From the IMG/VR virus record IMGVR_UViG_3300009964_000017: 38,790 nucleotides of DNA. The stretch is one strand, 5' to 3'. A model generated the notes under the pieces. The model was not told the DNA's origin. It searched no databases and saw only the letters and a list, made by a program, of their open reading frames with translations. Position 1 is the stretch's first letter; every line of letters starts with the position of its first letter. This document shows positions 1 to 8,915 of this stretch, one piece after another. A program made the translations under genes and the position numbers. The stretch is from a virus.

Positions 1-127
1 ATTCGTAGAATGGGTGCTATCCCAACGACCAAACACCCGCGTCGTCATAGCCTCATACCAGAAAGAAATCGCCACCGAATGGGCTGGCACCATCCGCGAC
101 GACATCCGCATGCACTCAGACAAACTC
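1..127. repeat. Exact 127-bp direct terminal duplication (identical to 38664-38790), indicating a circular contig
   Basis: attcgtagaatgggtgctatcc...gcactcagacaaactc occurs identically at both ends; terL reads through the junction in frame. Confidence 0.97.
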
Positions 128-1261
128 AGAATCAAAGTACGCGGCGGCTCAGCAGCGAAACACTTCTGGAAACTCCAAGGACACGACGGGTACGTCTACG
201 CTACCGGTGTCGGCGGTTCTATGACCGGCAAACCCGCAGACCTCATGCTCATAGACGACCCCGTGCGCGGGCTAAAAGACGCCGAATCCCCCGCCAAACA
301 GGCAGAAGCATGGAAATGGTGGACAGGCACCGTATCCGCTCGCCTAGCACCCGGTGCCCCAGTAATCCTGATCCTAACCCGCTGGCACGACGCAGACCTA
401 GCCGGGCAGCTCATGGAAAAACTACCCGGCGAATGGGAATTCCTCAGAATCCCAGCACAAGCAGACCACAAACCAGAACTAGGAGAAACCGACCCGCTAG
501 GCAGACAACCCGGCGAATTCATGGTCTCAGCACGCGGACGCTCACAAAAAAACTGGGAAAAACGCAAAAGAGAAGCAGGCCCCAAAGCATGGGCAGCCCT
601 CTACCAAGGCGTACCATCCCCAGACGAAGGAGGAATCTTCCCACCCAAATGGGCAGAATACCAGCAGCCACTATGGGTAAAACAACCCAACGGCACACAC
701 CTCATAACCAACCTCACAGAAGACAGTGAACTAGCCCAATCCTGGGACATGACCTTCAAAGCAACCGACAGCAGCGACTACGTTGTCGGGCAAGTATGGT
801 TACGAACCGGCGCGAAATGCTACCTCCTCGACCAAATACGAGAACGCATGAACTTCACAGACACTGTTGAAGCAGTCCGCACAATGACAGCGAAATGGCC
901 GCAAACCGGGGCGAAATTCGTAGAAGATAAAGCCAACGGGACAGCAGTCATCAACACGCTACAAACCGAAATACCCGGAATAATCCCCGTCACACCAGAC
1001 GGCGGGAAAGTAGTAAGAGCAAACGCGGTAGCACCAGCAGCATGGTCTGGAAACATCGTCCTCCCATCACCCACACTACTACCCAATATTGGTGAACTCT
1101 TAGAAGAAGCGAAACTATTCCCCGCATCCTCACACGACGACACCATAGACGCCCTAACACAAGCCGTAAACCAGCTCCTACTAAACCCAATAATGCAGCA
1201 GCAGACTTACGATGCCGAAGAATGGGTAAACGACGGGTACCAGATCGGATACACCTACTAG
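2..1261 (+). CDS. terL: Terminase large subunit (C-terminal part; the 5' part is at 38440-38790 across the circular junction)
   Basis: In-frame continuation of 38440..38790. ATPase motif II region LMLIDDPVRG, nuclease-like LAQSWDMTFKATDSSDYVVGQVW, and C-terminal HDDTIDALTQAVNQLL, typical of phage terminases. Confidence 0.93.
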   Translation, partial: FVEWVLSQRPNTRVVIASYQKEIATEWAGTIRDDIRMHSDKLRIKVRGGSAAKHFWKLQGHDGYVYATGVGGSMTGKPADLMLIDDPVRGLKDAESPAKQAEAWKWWTGTVSARLAPGAPVILILTRWHDADLAGQLMEKLPGEWEFLRIPAQADHKPELGETDPLGRQPGEFMVSARGRSQKNWEKRKREAGPKAWAALYQGVPSPDEGGIFPPKWAEYQQPLWVKQPNGTHLITNLTEDSELAQSWDMTFKATDSSDYVVGQVWLRTGAKCYLLDQIRERMNFTDTVEAVRTMTAKWPQTGAKFVEDKANGTAVINTLQTEIPGIIPVTPDGGKVVRANAVAPAAWSGNIVLPSPTLLPNIGELLEEAKLFPASSHDDTIDALTQAVNQLLLNPIMQQQTYDAEEWVNDGYQIGYTY

Positions 1262-1274
1262 AAACTAAAACAGA

Positions 1275-2837
1275 ATGGTGGTGAAACACATTTTGGGAAT
1301 ACGCGACATCATCAGCGAAGCACGCGACCGGGCAGCAACCATGCTCAACCCGCAAGCAAACGCTGAAATCCGTGCACTAAAAGCAGGCACCGCCAGGCTC
1401 CAAGAATCGTTCGCAGACCTAGAACGCCGCGCACGAGAAGACCAAACATGGCGCACCCTAACCTCAAACCAGCGAAGCGAATTCAGCCTAGACGGCGTGA
1501 AACGCAACGCAGACATATGCCGCCTGCTCTCCGTCGCTGACCCTCTCGCAAAACGTGGCCTAGCAGTCCGTGCAGGGTACGTCTTCGGGCAGGGCATGGG
1601 CATCACTGCCAAAGCTGGGAAGGAGGCTACACAAGACATCAACGAGGTTGTGCAACGGTTCTGGGACGACCCAAAGAACCGTGCCTCCTTCACCGGGCAT
1701 CAGGCGCAGCACAGGCTAGAGCACGCGCAATCCACTGACGGTAACATCCTGTTCGCGCTCTTCACCGAACCAAGGACAGGGCGAGTTATCGTCCGCACAA
1801 TCCCTCTCAACGAGATTACAGACGTCATCACCAACCCCGAAGACAGTCAAGACGTGTGGTTTTACAAGCGCACCTGGACTGACAGGGGCATTATCAACGG
1901 TGCTGTCGTGTCAACCCGCAAAGAGGCGCTGTACCCGGCTCTGGGGCACCGCCCAAAGGTGAAGCAAGGCAGCATCGGCGGTGTGTCAGTTGAATGGTTC
2001 GCACCCATCTACCACCAGGCAGCAGGGAACCCAGACGGCTGGCGTTGGGGGGTGCCAGACCTGTACGCTGCTGTGCCGTGGGTGCGCGCCTACAAAACCT
2101 ATTTGGAAGACTGGGCAAGGCTCATGCGTGCACTAGCTCGCATTTCGCACCGTGTCACCGGCAAAAACAATAAGGCCGTCATGGAGGCACGCGCCGCACT
2201 ACAGGCTGCATCCCTATCACCAACACCAGGTGTCATAGGAACCACCGACGCGACCGTGGAAGCAATGCCTAAAACCGGTGCCACCATCGACGCCGAATCA
2301 GGCAAACCCCTAGCCGCAATGATCGCCGCAGGAATCGGCATCCCCGTAACCATGCTCCTAGCAGATCCGGGGCAGACCGGGGCGCGCGCCGTCGCAGAAA
2401 CCTTAGACAGGCCAATGGAACTAGAAATGATGGGGCGACGCGAACTATGGACGGAAACCTACCGGGCAATCCTAAACCACGTCATCGACGCGGCAGTACT
2501 CGCACCACAAGGCCCACTCAAAGGGATGCTAACAACCGCCTACGACGGGCAGCAAACCATTGAGCTGGCAGGCGACACGCCACGCACACTAGTTTTCCAC
2601 TGGGACGACCTCACCAAAACCAGCACCAAAGAGCTGTTAGAGTCAATCGAAACCGCTAACAGTATGGGAGTAATCCCATACGAGCAAATAGCTCTACTAA
2701 CTCTACGGGCGCTCGGTGTGCGAGACCCAGACGAAATAATCGACAGCATGCGAGACGACACCGGAGCATTCATCCCCGCTAACGCCTCGCTCGGTGAAGC
2801 GCTCATAAACGCAGCCTACAGAGGCGGTAACCCATGA
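1275..2837 (+). CDS. Portal protein
   Basis: 520 aa directly after terL and before a MuF-like protein; portal-like content (VPWVRAYKTYLEDWARLMRALARISHRVTGKNNKAVMEARAAL...). Confidence 0.85.
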   Translation: MVVKHILGIRDIISEARDRAATMLNPQANAEIRALKAGTARLQESFADLERRAREDQTWRTLTSNQRSEFSLDGVKRNADICRLLSVADPLAKRGLAVRAGYVFGQGMGITAKAGKEATQDINEVVQRFWDDPKNRASFTGHQAQHRLEHAQSTDGNILFALFTEPRTGRVIVRTIPLNEITDVITNPEDSQDVWFYKRTWTDRGIINGAVVSTRKEALYPALGHRPKVKQGSIGGVSVEWFAPIYHQAAGNPDGWRWGVPDLYAAVPWVRAYKTYLEDWARLMRALARISHRVTGKNNKAVMEARAALQAASLSPTPGVIGTTDATVEAMPKTGATIDAESGKPLAAMIAAGIGIPVTMLLADPGQTGARAVAETLDRPMELEMMGRRELWTETYRAILNHVIDAAVLAPQGPLKGMLTTAYDGQQTIELAGDTPRTLVFHWDDLTKTSTKELLESIETANSMGVIPYEQIALLTLRALGVRDPDEIIDSMRDDTGAFIPANASLGEALINAAYRGGNP

Positions 2838-3922
2838 CCGTAACCAACAATGTTGCAGCCCTGGCACGTGAACTCAGAAGAGTCACAGACAACATGCTAA
2901 ACCTCCCAGAGGTAGAACTAGCCAGGTCATGGGTAAACGCCTGGGATGCCGTCGAGCAAGACATCACAGGCGCGTTAGAAGAACTAGCTGCAGCAGCAGA
3001 CGGGAAACGTGTGCCAGCCTGGAAAATCGGGCAAAACCAGCGGATCGTCAACGCGTTAGAGACACTCAGCGAAGGGATGCAAGAAGCCTTAGGGGAATTC
3101 GCCTCCACCATCCAAGACGTCACACTACCCAACCTCCTAGAACAGGTAGACGAAATGCAAAAAAGGATGGCACGGGCGCAACTCCCGTTAGGTGCAGCAC
3201 TCGGGTACACGTTCACCCAAGCAGACAAAACAGCTGTAACAGCTATCGTCCGCCGTGTCACCGAACAAATAGTATCCCCACTACTGGAACTACCCGCAAT
3301 GGTAGACCAGGCTATGCGACGTGAACTCGTGCGCGGTGTCATCCTCGGCGAAAATCCAAACAAGGTAGCAGCCCGCATCATCCAAGCAACAAAAGACCAG
3401 TTCACCGGTGGGTACAACCGGGCAACCGTGATAACCAGAACAGAAATGCACGACGCGCAACGCTCTGCAGCCCAAGCATTCGAGGAAGCAAACAGCGACA
3501 TCATATCCGGGTGGGTATGGGTAGCCGCACTCGATAAACGCACCTGCAGATCATGCATCGCAATGCACGGGACAGTACATAAGCCCAGCGAGCAGCTGAT
3601 AGACCACCACCGTGGCCGGTGTGTCCGTGCCCCACTCGTGCGACCACTCAAAGAGCTAGGCATGCGCGGCAGTGTAGACGACACACCAATGCAGACCGGT
3701 GAGGAATGGTTCAACACCCTACCAGAGGATGAAAAACTCAAAACCCTCTCAGGTGGCGCAAAGAACTCTGCATCTGCTCGGAGTGTACTCACTGCTCTAG
3801 AAAATGGTGACCTCAAGTTCAGTGACCTATCCTCACTCAAAACACATGAAGGATGGAGGAAAGCGCGACACGCGACCACATTCAAAGAGCTAGAAAAGAA
3901 AGCAGCAAGAAATGCTTCTTAA
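2834..3922 (+). CDS. MuF-like minor head / capsid maturation protein
   Basis: Motif RTEMHDAQRSAAQAFEE...WVAALDKRTCRSCIAMHGTVHKPSEQLIDHHRGRCVRAPL is characteristic of phage Mu F-like domains; 4-nt overlap with the portal gene. Confidence 0.85.
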   Translation: MTVTNNVAALARELRRVTDNMLNLPEVELARSWVNAWDAVEQDITGALEELAAAADGKRVPAWKIGQNQRIVNALETLSEGMQEALGEFASTIQDVTLPNLLEQVDEMQKRMARAQLPLGAALGYTFTQADKTAVTAIVRRVTEQIVSPLLELPAMVDQAMRRELVRGVILGENPNKVAARIIQATKDQFTGGYNRATVITRTEMHDAQRSAAQAFEEANSDIISGWVWVAALDKRTCRSCIAMHGTVHKPSEQLIDHHRGRCVRAPLVRPLKELGMRGSVDDTPMQTGEEWFNTLPEDEKLKTLSGGAKNSASARSVLTALENGDLKFSDLSSLKTHEGWRKARHATTFKELEKKAARNAS

Positions 3923-4877
3923 AGAATCATTCGAGACCATAACTGATTTGACTGGGCGGCGACTCAAAATCACTGTGATTACCCCCGGCCAAGGGTCAAG
4001 CGGTTTCTACCCTGCTGAGGTTATCGCCCAGGCGGTGAACCTGATCGGGCAGCCAGGCAACCCAACACCCATGTACATCAACCACGCTACCGACGCTGAG
4101 CGCTGGGAACGCCCAGAAGGCGACCTAGAAGCCCTCGCAGGGGTTATCAGTAGTCCTCCAACCGTAAACCCGGTGACAGGCGCGCTAGAAGCCGAAGCTA
4201 AGGTATTCGAGTCACACCGCCAATTCATCCTAGACCGCAAAGACATCATCGGTGTCTCAATCAACGGTTCAGCAGTAAAAGACGGTGACACCGTAAAAGA
4301 AATAACCCGTATCGATTCCGTAGACTTCGTAACCAAAGCAGGGCGAGGCGGAAAAATTGATGCGGTACTAGAATCAGCCACCCACCAAAAGGAAGAGAGC
4401 AAAAACATGGCAGACACTAACCAGCCTGTCGAAGACCTCAACGAGATTGAAGAGCGAGAGGTCGAAGCCTGCGCCGAAGCCGACAGCACTAAACAGAAAC
4501 CAGCTGCAGCGGCACCTGACAAGTTGACCGCACCCACTTCAGCTGAGGCTAAAGATGCTGAGATTGAGCGGCTCAAGAAAGAAATTGAGGCACTCAAAGC
4601 AGAACTAGAGAAGACCCAAGAGTCAGCTAAACGCGCGCAGGTAGAAGCCGCTGTCGAGGCAGCCTTCACCGGTATTGACGCGCCGCGTGCGAAAGCCCGC
4701 CTCATCGAGGCAGGTATGCGCACCGACCTGTCCGTATTTGAGTCCGAGCTAACCGAATCCGTCAAAGAATTTACCCCCGTGTCCCCAGTTAAAGACATGG
4801 GAGGTGACCGGCTCGCAGAAGCAGCCGCACCCACATACACCCCGACCGATGTCCTGAAAGAACTCCGAGGAGCATAA
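3912..4877 (+). CDS. Capsid maturation protease fused to scaffold
   Basis: N-terminal protease-like region (MYINHATDAERWERPEGDLEALAGVI...IIGVSINGS) followed by an acidic/charged coiled-coil scaffold-like C-terminus (IERLKKEIEALKAELEKTQ...), located before the capsid gene. Confidence 0.7.
   Translation: MLLKESFETITDLTGRRLKITVITPGQGSSGFYPAEVIAQAVNLIGQPGNPTPMYINHATDAERWERPEGDLEALAGVISSPPTVNPVTGALEAEAKVFESHRQFILDRKDIIGVSINGSAVKDGDTVKEITRIDSVDFVTKAGRGGKIDAVLESATHQKEESKNMADTNQPVEDLNEIEEREVEACAEADSTKQKPAAAAPDKLTAPTSAEAKDAEIERLKKEIEALKAELEKTQESAKRAQVEAAVEAAFTGIDAPRAKARLIEAGMRTDLSVFESELTESVKEFTPVSPVKDMGGDRLAEAAAPTYTPTDVLKELRGA
4407..4877 (+). CDS. Putative independently initiated scaffold protein nested in frame in the protease gene
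   Basis: ATG at 4407 is in frame with 3912..4877 and preceded by the SD-like AAAAGGAAGAGAG; encodes MADTNQPVEDLNEIEEREVEAC... coiled coil. Confidence 0.6.
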   Translation: MADTNQPVEDLNEIEEREVEACAEADSTKQKPAAAAPDKLTAPTSAEAKDAEIERLKKEIEALKAELEKTQESAKRAQVEAAVEAAFTGIDAPRAKARLIEAGMRTDLSVFESELTESVKEFTPVSPVKDMGGDRLAEAAAPTYTPTDVLKELRGA

Positions 4878-4879
4878 AC

Positions 4880-5212
4880 ATGGCTAAGAACCTGGCATAC
4901 CCAAACGCAGACCACATCGCACTCACCGCAGATAAGGAATACAAGTCCGGTGCACCCGTCCGCATCGGCTCAATCTGTGGTGTGGCAGTCACCGACGGCA
5001 AACAAGGCAAACGTTTCACCGTCCACCGTAACGGATCATGGCGTATCCCCGTCATCGAAAAGGTAGAGCAGGGCGAACCCGTCTACATCACCACCGACGG
5101 CAAACTCACCAAAACCAAGGGCACTAACAAACTCTTCGGTGTGTGCCTGCTCGGAAACACCGCAGCAAACGGTGACGCAGAAGTCCACCCCGCAGAAATC
5201 GCACTCGACTAA
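4880..5212 (+). CDS. DUF2190-like small capsid-associated / decoration protein
   Basis: 110 aa; MAKNLAYPNADHIALTADKEYKSGAPVRIGSICGVAVTDG...FTVHRNGSWRIPV pattern; immediately upstream of the major capsid gene. Confidence 0.65.
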   Translation: MAKNLAYPNADHIALTADKEYKSGAPVRIGSICGVAVTDGKQGKRFTVHRNGSWRIPVIEKVEQGEPVYITTDGKLTKTKGTNKLFGVCLLGNTAANGDAEVHPAEIALD

Positions 5213-5234
5213 GACAAGGAGCAAATAAGAAACT

Positions 5235-6302
5235 ATGGCAACCATGTTTATGGATACTGAACATCTCGCAGACAACGGTGTAAACGCCCGTGTCGTCGAG
5301 GCAGCCCGCACCTTCCGCAAGGGCATGACCGGAAGCTACTCGGATCAGGCGCGCCTACAAGAGGCGCTCTCCACCTCTGATTTCCCTGCTCTGCTCGGAC
5401 AGGCACTCGAATTCGAGGTACTCGACCTCTTCCGCTCCTACACGAAGGCTTGGGAAGGCGTCGCAGACACCACCACCGTATCTGATTTTCGCCCCAAATC
5501 GTTGCGCGGCCTCTACGGCGCAATCGACTACCTGCCCATCAACGAGGCAGAAGAGTACAAGGCCGCATCACTGGCTGAGACCGAACACAAAATCAACGTG
5601 GAAACCTACGGTCGCCTGTTCAAGTTCACCCGTCAAATGAAGATTAACAAGGACTGGGACATCCTCGCACGCATCCCTGAGCGTCTCGCTAAGGGCGCGG
5701 CCATGAAGGAAGACCAGGCAGTGTTCGGTGCGCTAACCGGTGCAAACGGTGTAAACCGTGAGTTCTTCAAGGACGCTTACGCACCCGACAACAAGCCGTT
5801 GACCGCTGAAAACCTCATGGCAGCATACACGACCCTTGCTCAGCGTAAGGGTCTGGATGATGGGGTTGCGGACATTAGCAAGCTCGTGCTTGTCGTCCCG
5901 CGCGCCCTAGAAATGGCTGCACGCCGCATCCTCGAAGCAGAATACATTGACGTTACCGAGGGCAAGGTAAAGACCCGTGAGACTAACATTCTCAAGGGTC
6001 TGTTCACCTTGAAGGTTGTGGATATTCTGACTCGCCTCGACAAGTCAGCTACCGCTAACACCACCTGGTACATTCTGCCTGCTGCAGGCTCCGCGAACCC
6101 CGCACTTATCAAGGCATCCTTGCAGGGTTATGAGCAGCCTGACCTGCGTGTCGAATCAGCTGCTGGCCGTTCCATCAGCGGCGCAGACGTCGCACCTGAG
6201 GAAGGCAGCTTCCTTGACGACACGATCAGCTACCGTGGCCGCCACGAAGTAGGCGCAGCAACCCTGTTCCCGTTCGCAGCCTACGCATCCACCGGAGCAT
6301 AA
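5235..6302 (+). CDS. Major capsid protein (HK97-fold expected)
   Basis: 355 aa; position after scaffold/decoration genes; MuF/HK97-type capsid composition (YGRLFKFTRQMKINKDWDILARIPERLAKGAAMKEDQAVFGALT...). Strong SD aaggagcaaataag. Confidence 0.85.
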   Translation: MATMFMDTEHLADNGVNARVVEAARTFRKGMTGSYSDQARLQEALSTSDFPALLGQALEFEVLDLFRSYTKAWEGVADTTTVSDFRPKSLRGLYGAIDYLPINEAEEYKAASLAETEHKINVETYGRLFKFTRQMKINKDWDILARIPERLAKGAAMKEDQAVFGALTGANGVNREFFKDAYAPDNKPLTAENLMAAYTTLAQRKGLDDGVADISKLVLVVPRALEMAARRILEAEYIDVTEGKVKTRETNILKGLFTLKVVDILTRLDKSATANTTWYILPAAGSANPALIKASLQGYEQPDLRVESAAGRSISGADVAPEEGSFLDDTISYRGRHEVGAATLFPFAAYASTGA

Positions 6303-6344
6303 AAGACCAGGTAACCCAGCCGCTGTTTTAGAAAGGGATTCACG

Positions 6345-6785
6345 TTGAGTACACAAGAAATTATTTACCAGATTCGCTTGCTCATTAACGACCTGCCACC
6401 TAAAACAGCGGCAGGGGAACCGTCACCTCTCAACCCCACTGAGAGCTGCATCTTCTCCGACCGAGACCTAGAGGTACTCTACAACCTCGAAGCCTCCTAC
6501 ATTGAACGTGTGAAGGTGAAACGTGCCGCAGCACGCGCACTCCGCCGCATGGCAACCGACGAGGTTATCCTCTCCAAAAAGATAACCACTCAAGACCTCT
6601 CCGTAGACGGGCCAGCTGTTTCATCCGCGCTCCTAGAACAGGCAGACAAGCTAGACGCCGAAGCCGATAGAGACGCTGGCGAAGCAGCAGGTGTCGGGGC
6701 GTTCTGGCAGACACTAGACCAGCTAGACCACCATGCAGAAGGCGAAGAGCGAAGGAGCGAAAGTTTCTATGGCTCGATATGGTGA
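6345..6785 (+). CDS. Head-tail connector / adaptor protein (putative)
   Basis: 146 aa helical protein directly after the capsid gene; positional. Confidence 0.55.
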   Translation: MSTQEIIYQIRLLINDLPPKTAAGEPSPLNPTESCIFSDRDLEVLYNLEASYIERVKVKRAAARALRRMATDEVILSKKITTQDLSVDGPAVSSALLEQADKLDAEADRDAGEAAGVGAFWQTLDQLDHHAEGEERRSESFYGSIW

Positions 6786-7206
6786 TAAACAGCGCATCAT
6801 CCCACCACATTGGGGGCAGCGACTTCAACCGCTCATTGAAACGGGAATGACAAGCGAATGCGAAATCATCGCACCAGGCAAACCGTCCAGGGACAACCCA
6901 CTATCTGGGGCTACCCCAACGGTCATGTACTCTGACATCCCGTGCCGTGTGCAGCAGCAGAACCGTTTCACAAACGGGGCAACCCCGACCGGGCAAGACT
7001 CCACACGCAGGGACTACCTGGTGCAGATTCCCGCCCGTATAGGGCAGCTGCACGAAGGCATGACCGGTTGGATAATCCGTGTCACCAAGACAGACGACGC
7101 GGGGATGCTGGGGCGGCAATTCAAAATCAAGCAGGAGCTGCACGGCTCCGAGATAGGGGCACGAGACCTCATATGTGAGGACTCACAGACCCAAAACGGG
7201 CGGTGA
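6769..7206 (+). CDS. Head closure / head-tail joining protein (putative)
   Basis: MARYGDKQRIIPPHWGQRLQPLIETGMTSECEIIAPG...; ATG with SD gaaggag chosen over the upstream ATG at 6733; positional. Confidence 0.55.
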   Translation: MARYGDKQRIIPPHWGQRLQPLIETGMTSECEIIAPGKPSRDNPLSGATPTVMYSDIPCRVQQQNRFTNGATPTGQDSTRRDYLVQIPARIGQLHEGMTGWIIRVTKTDDAGMLGRQFKIKQELHGSEIGARDLICEDSQTQNGR

Positions 7207-7210
7207 CAGC

Positions 7211-7546
7211 ATGGAAGCAGACATGAGTGAACTCCTCAACCTGAGCGTCTCCCTGGCTGCAGCATCTATCCCCGCTACCGACCGTGTGCTTGCTCGTGGT
7301 GCGGCACAGATAACGGCGACAGCGAAGCAGATAGCACCAGTAGACACCGGGTACATGCGATCCTCCATCACGCCCAAACGGGTAAACCATATGGAGCACG
7401 CGATCATCAGTCAAGCAAACTATAGCGGGTTTGTTGAGAACGGTACCGTGCATATGAGACCGCGTCCATTCATGCGGCCAGCGCTCGACAAGCACTTGCC
7501 GGGTATTGCAGACGCGTTAGCTGACGCGGCAGTAAGGATATTCTAG
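7211..7546 (+). CDS. HK97 gp10-like tail completion / minor tail component
   Basis: Contains AQITATAKQIAPVDTGYMRSSITPKRV...ANYSGFVENGTVHMRPRPFMRPAL, typical of gp10-like tail components (VDTGxLRxSI, YxxxvE.GT..mpa.PFmrPA). Confidence 0.8.
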   Translation: MEADMSELLNLSVSLAAASIPATDRVLARGAAQITATAKQIAPVDTGYMRSSITPKRVNHMEHAIISQANYSGFVENGTVHMRPRPFMRPALDKHLPGIADALADAAVRIF

Positions 7547-7971
7547 TGCGAATCATCAGTATTCGAGACCAAATCGTGGCAGCGTTAGAAGGAATCGAGA
7601 ACACAACCGTCTACGAGGGGCACATCCCCGATAAGGTGGCAACGTTCCTGGGTACAGACCTCATAAAACCCTATCTGCTTGTTTGGTTGGGTGCACCCAC
7701 AGGGCAGGACGAAACGCAGGAACCAATCTCTGGTGACGTCGATACTGATAGTGACACGCTCACAATAACAATCATCGCTGTAGGTGCTGATACGAACACG
7801 GTAACCCACCTGGTACACCATGTTCGACAAAAACTAGCTAAAACGCTCGTGAATGGGCACCCAATCAAACCTGACTGGGCGCAGCAGCAGTCACAGTACC
7901 CGCTCCTAGACGAGCAGACGACACCGCCCAGAACCTACGTCTCGTTGACGTGGACGCTCACTACACAATAA
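7546..7971 (+). CDS. Tail terminator-like protein
   Basis: GTG start overlapping the upstream TAG; 141 aa; MRIISIRDQIVAALEGIENTTVYEGHIPDK...; lies between gp10-like and tail tube genes. Confidence 0.6.
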   Translation: MRIISIRDQIVAALEGIENTTVYEGHIPDKVATFLGTDLIKPYLLVWLGAPTGQDETQEPISGDVDTDSDTLTITIIAVGADTNTVTHLVHHVRQKLAKTLVNGHPIKPDWAQQQSQYPLLDEQTTPPRTYVSLTWTLTTQ

Positions 7972-8003
7972 CCAACGTGAGAATGAAGTAAAGAAGGCTC
8001 ATT

Positions 8004-8171
8004 ATGGAAAGTTTAACCGAGATGGTGTTCACCCCGACTGGACAGAAAGTCTGGGTGCCCTCCAACTATCCTGAGGTTTTCCCAGGAGCATACAAGCTGC
8101 CGCCGTCAGCAAGGGCAGCAGCAGAGAAACCAACCGAAACTATTTTCCCTACTAAGGAAGAAGGTAAATAA
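8004..8171 (+). CDS. Small protein (55 aa) upstream of the major tail protein, absent from the ORF track
   Basis: ATG 8004 to TAA 8169-8171: MESLTEMVFTPTGQKVWVPSNYPEVFPGAYKLPPSARAAAEKPTETIFPTKEEGK; preceded by aagaagg; ends 2 nt before the next start. Confidence 0.65.
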   Translation: MESLTEMVFTPTGQKVWVPSNYPEVFPGAYKLPPSARAAAEKPTETIFPTKEEGK

Positions 8172-8173
8172 TC

Positions 8174-8710
8174 ATGGCTGAAACCCCAGGACGCACCTAC
8201 GCGGGCGAAAAGCTCAAGGTATCGTTCGTGCCTGCCGGTGGTATCCGCGCCATTTCCGCACCCACCGTAACCGAGCTAAACGCTGAAACCGTTCTTGACC
8301 TGTCCTGCGCAGCAATCAAGGCGCAGTCCAAAATTGGTTCGACCGATTCTGAAACGATTGACGGTCAGGCCGCTATCTGCGAGGACACCAACGCGAAAGC
8401 ATGGGGGCAGGGCAACGCAGAAGTCACCTTGGCGCTATTCCGGTATTTCAAGGGTAACAAGGCTGACCCTGACCGTGACAAGATTTTCCAGGCGCTCAAG
8501 ACCAAGGGTGTGGAAGGTTTCATCGTTACCCGCCATGTCGATAAGCGCTTCGACGAAGCCTACGCATCTGGCGACGAAGTTTCCGTGTACGCAGTGTCGT
8601 TCGACCAGCCGCACCCGGTCAATGAAGCCGAAGACCGCACCAAGGGCTATATTCGCACGATCCATAACGCCCAGGTGACGAACTTCGCCGAATTCAAGTC
8701 TGTAGCCTAA
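8174..8710 (+). CDS. Major tail (tube) protein
   Basis: 178 aa beta-rich protein followed by a hairpin-rich intergenic region and frameshifted chaperone ORFs; classic siphovirus synteny. Confidence 0.75.
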   Translation: MAETPGRTYAGEKLKVSFVPAGGIRAISAPTVTELNAETVLDLSCAAIKAQSKIGSTDSETIDGQAAICEDTNAKAWGQGNAEVTLALFRYFKGNKADPDRDKIFQALKTKGVEGFIVTRHVDKRFDEAYASGDEVSVYAVSFDQPHPVNEAEDRTKGYIRTIHNAQVTNFAEFKSVA

Positions 8711-8851
8711 AAACCGAATTGTTGGCTGGTTTTTAGCGCTAACCACGGCGGCTGCTGCGTATGAGGGTGCGCTGTAGCCGCCGTTTCCTATAGATAGCCC
8801 CTCATTTTGTGTCTAGTTTTTGTGTGTGTTCCTAGACGCAAAATGAGGGGC
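8709..8851 (+). promoter_or_regulatory. Three consecutive stem-loops between tail tube and tail chaperone genes
   Basis: AAAAACC(8709-8715)/GGTTTTT(8728-8734); ACGGCGGCT(8745-8753)/AGCCGCCGT(8776-8784); GCCCCTCATTTTGTGTCTAG(8797-8816)/CTAGACGCAAAATGAGGGGC(8832-8851) with one T/G wobble. Confidence 0.8.
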
Positions 8852-8915
8852 ACACCCTTTACCCCCTCACAAAAGAACCCACAAGTGGACGCACACGAGA
8901 AAAGGCTTACATATT

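Noticed and set aside
10-729. 239-aa Arg/Pro-rich plus-strand ORF overlapping terL
   Set aside because: Alternative-frame reading of terL; extreme Arg/Pro composition typical of spurious ORFs in GC-rich DNA.
2803-3885. 360-aa minus-strand ORF antisense to the MuF gene
   Set aside because: Ser/Arg-rich low-complexity translation, fully antisense to a well-supported gene; an artefact of this genome's codon bias.
4007-4915. 302-aa minus-strand ORF antisense to the protease/scaffold gene
   Set aside because: Ser/Ala-rich shadow ORF with no SD or recognisable domain.
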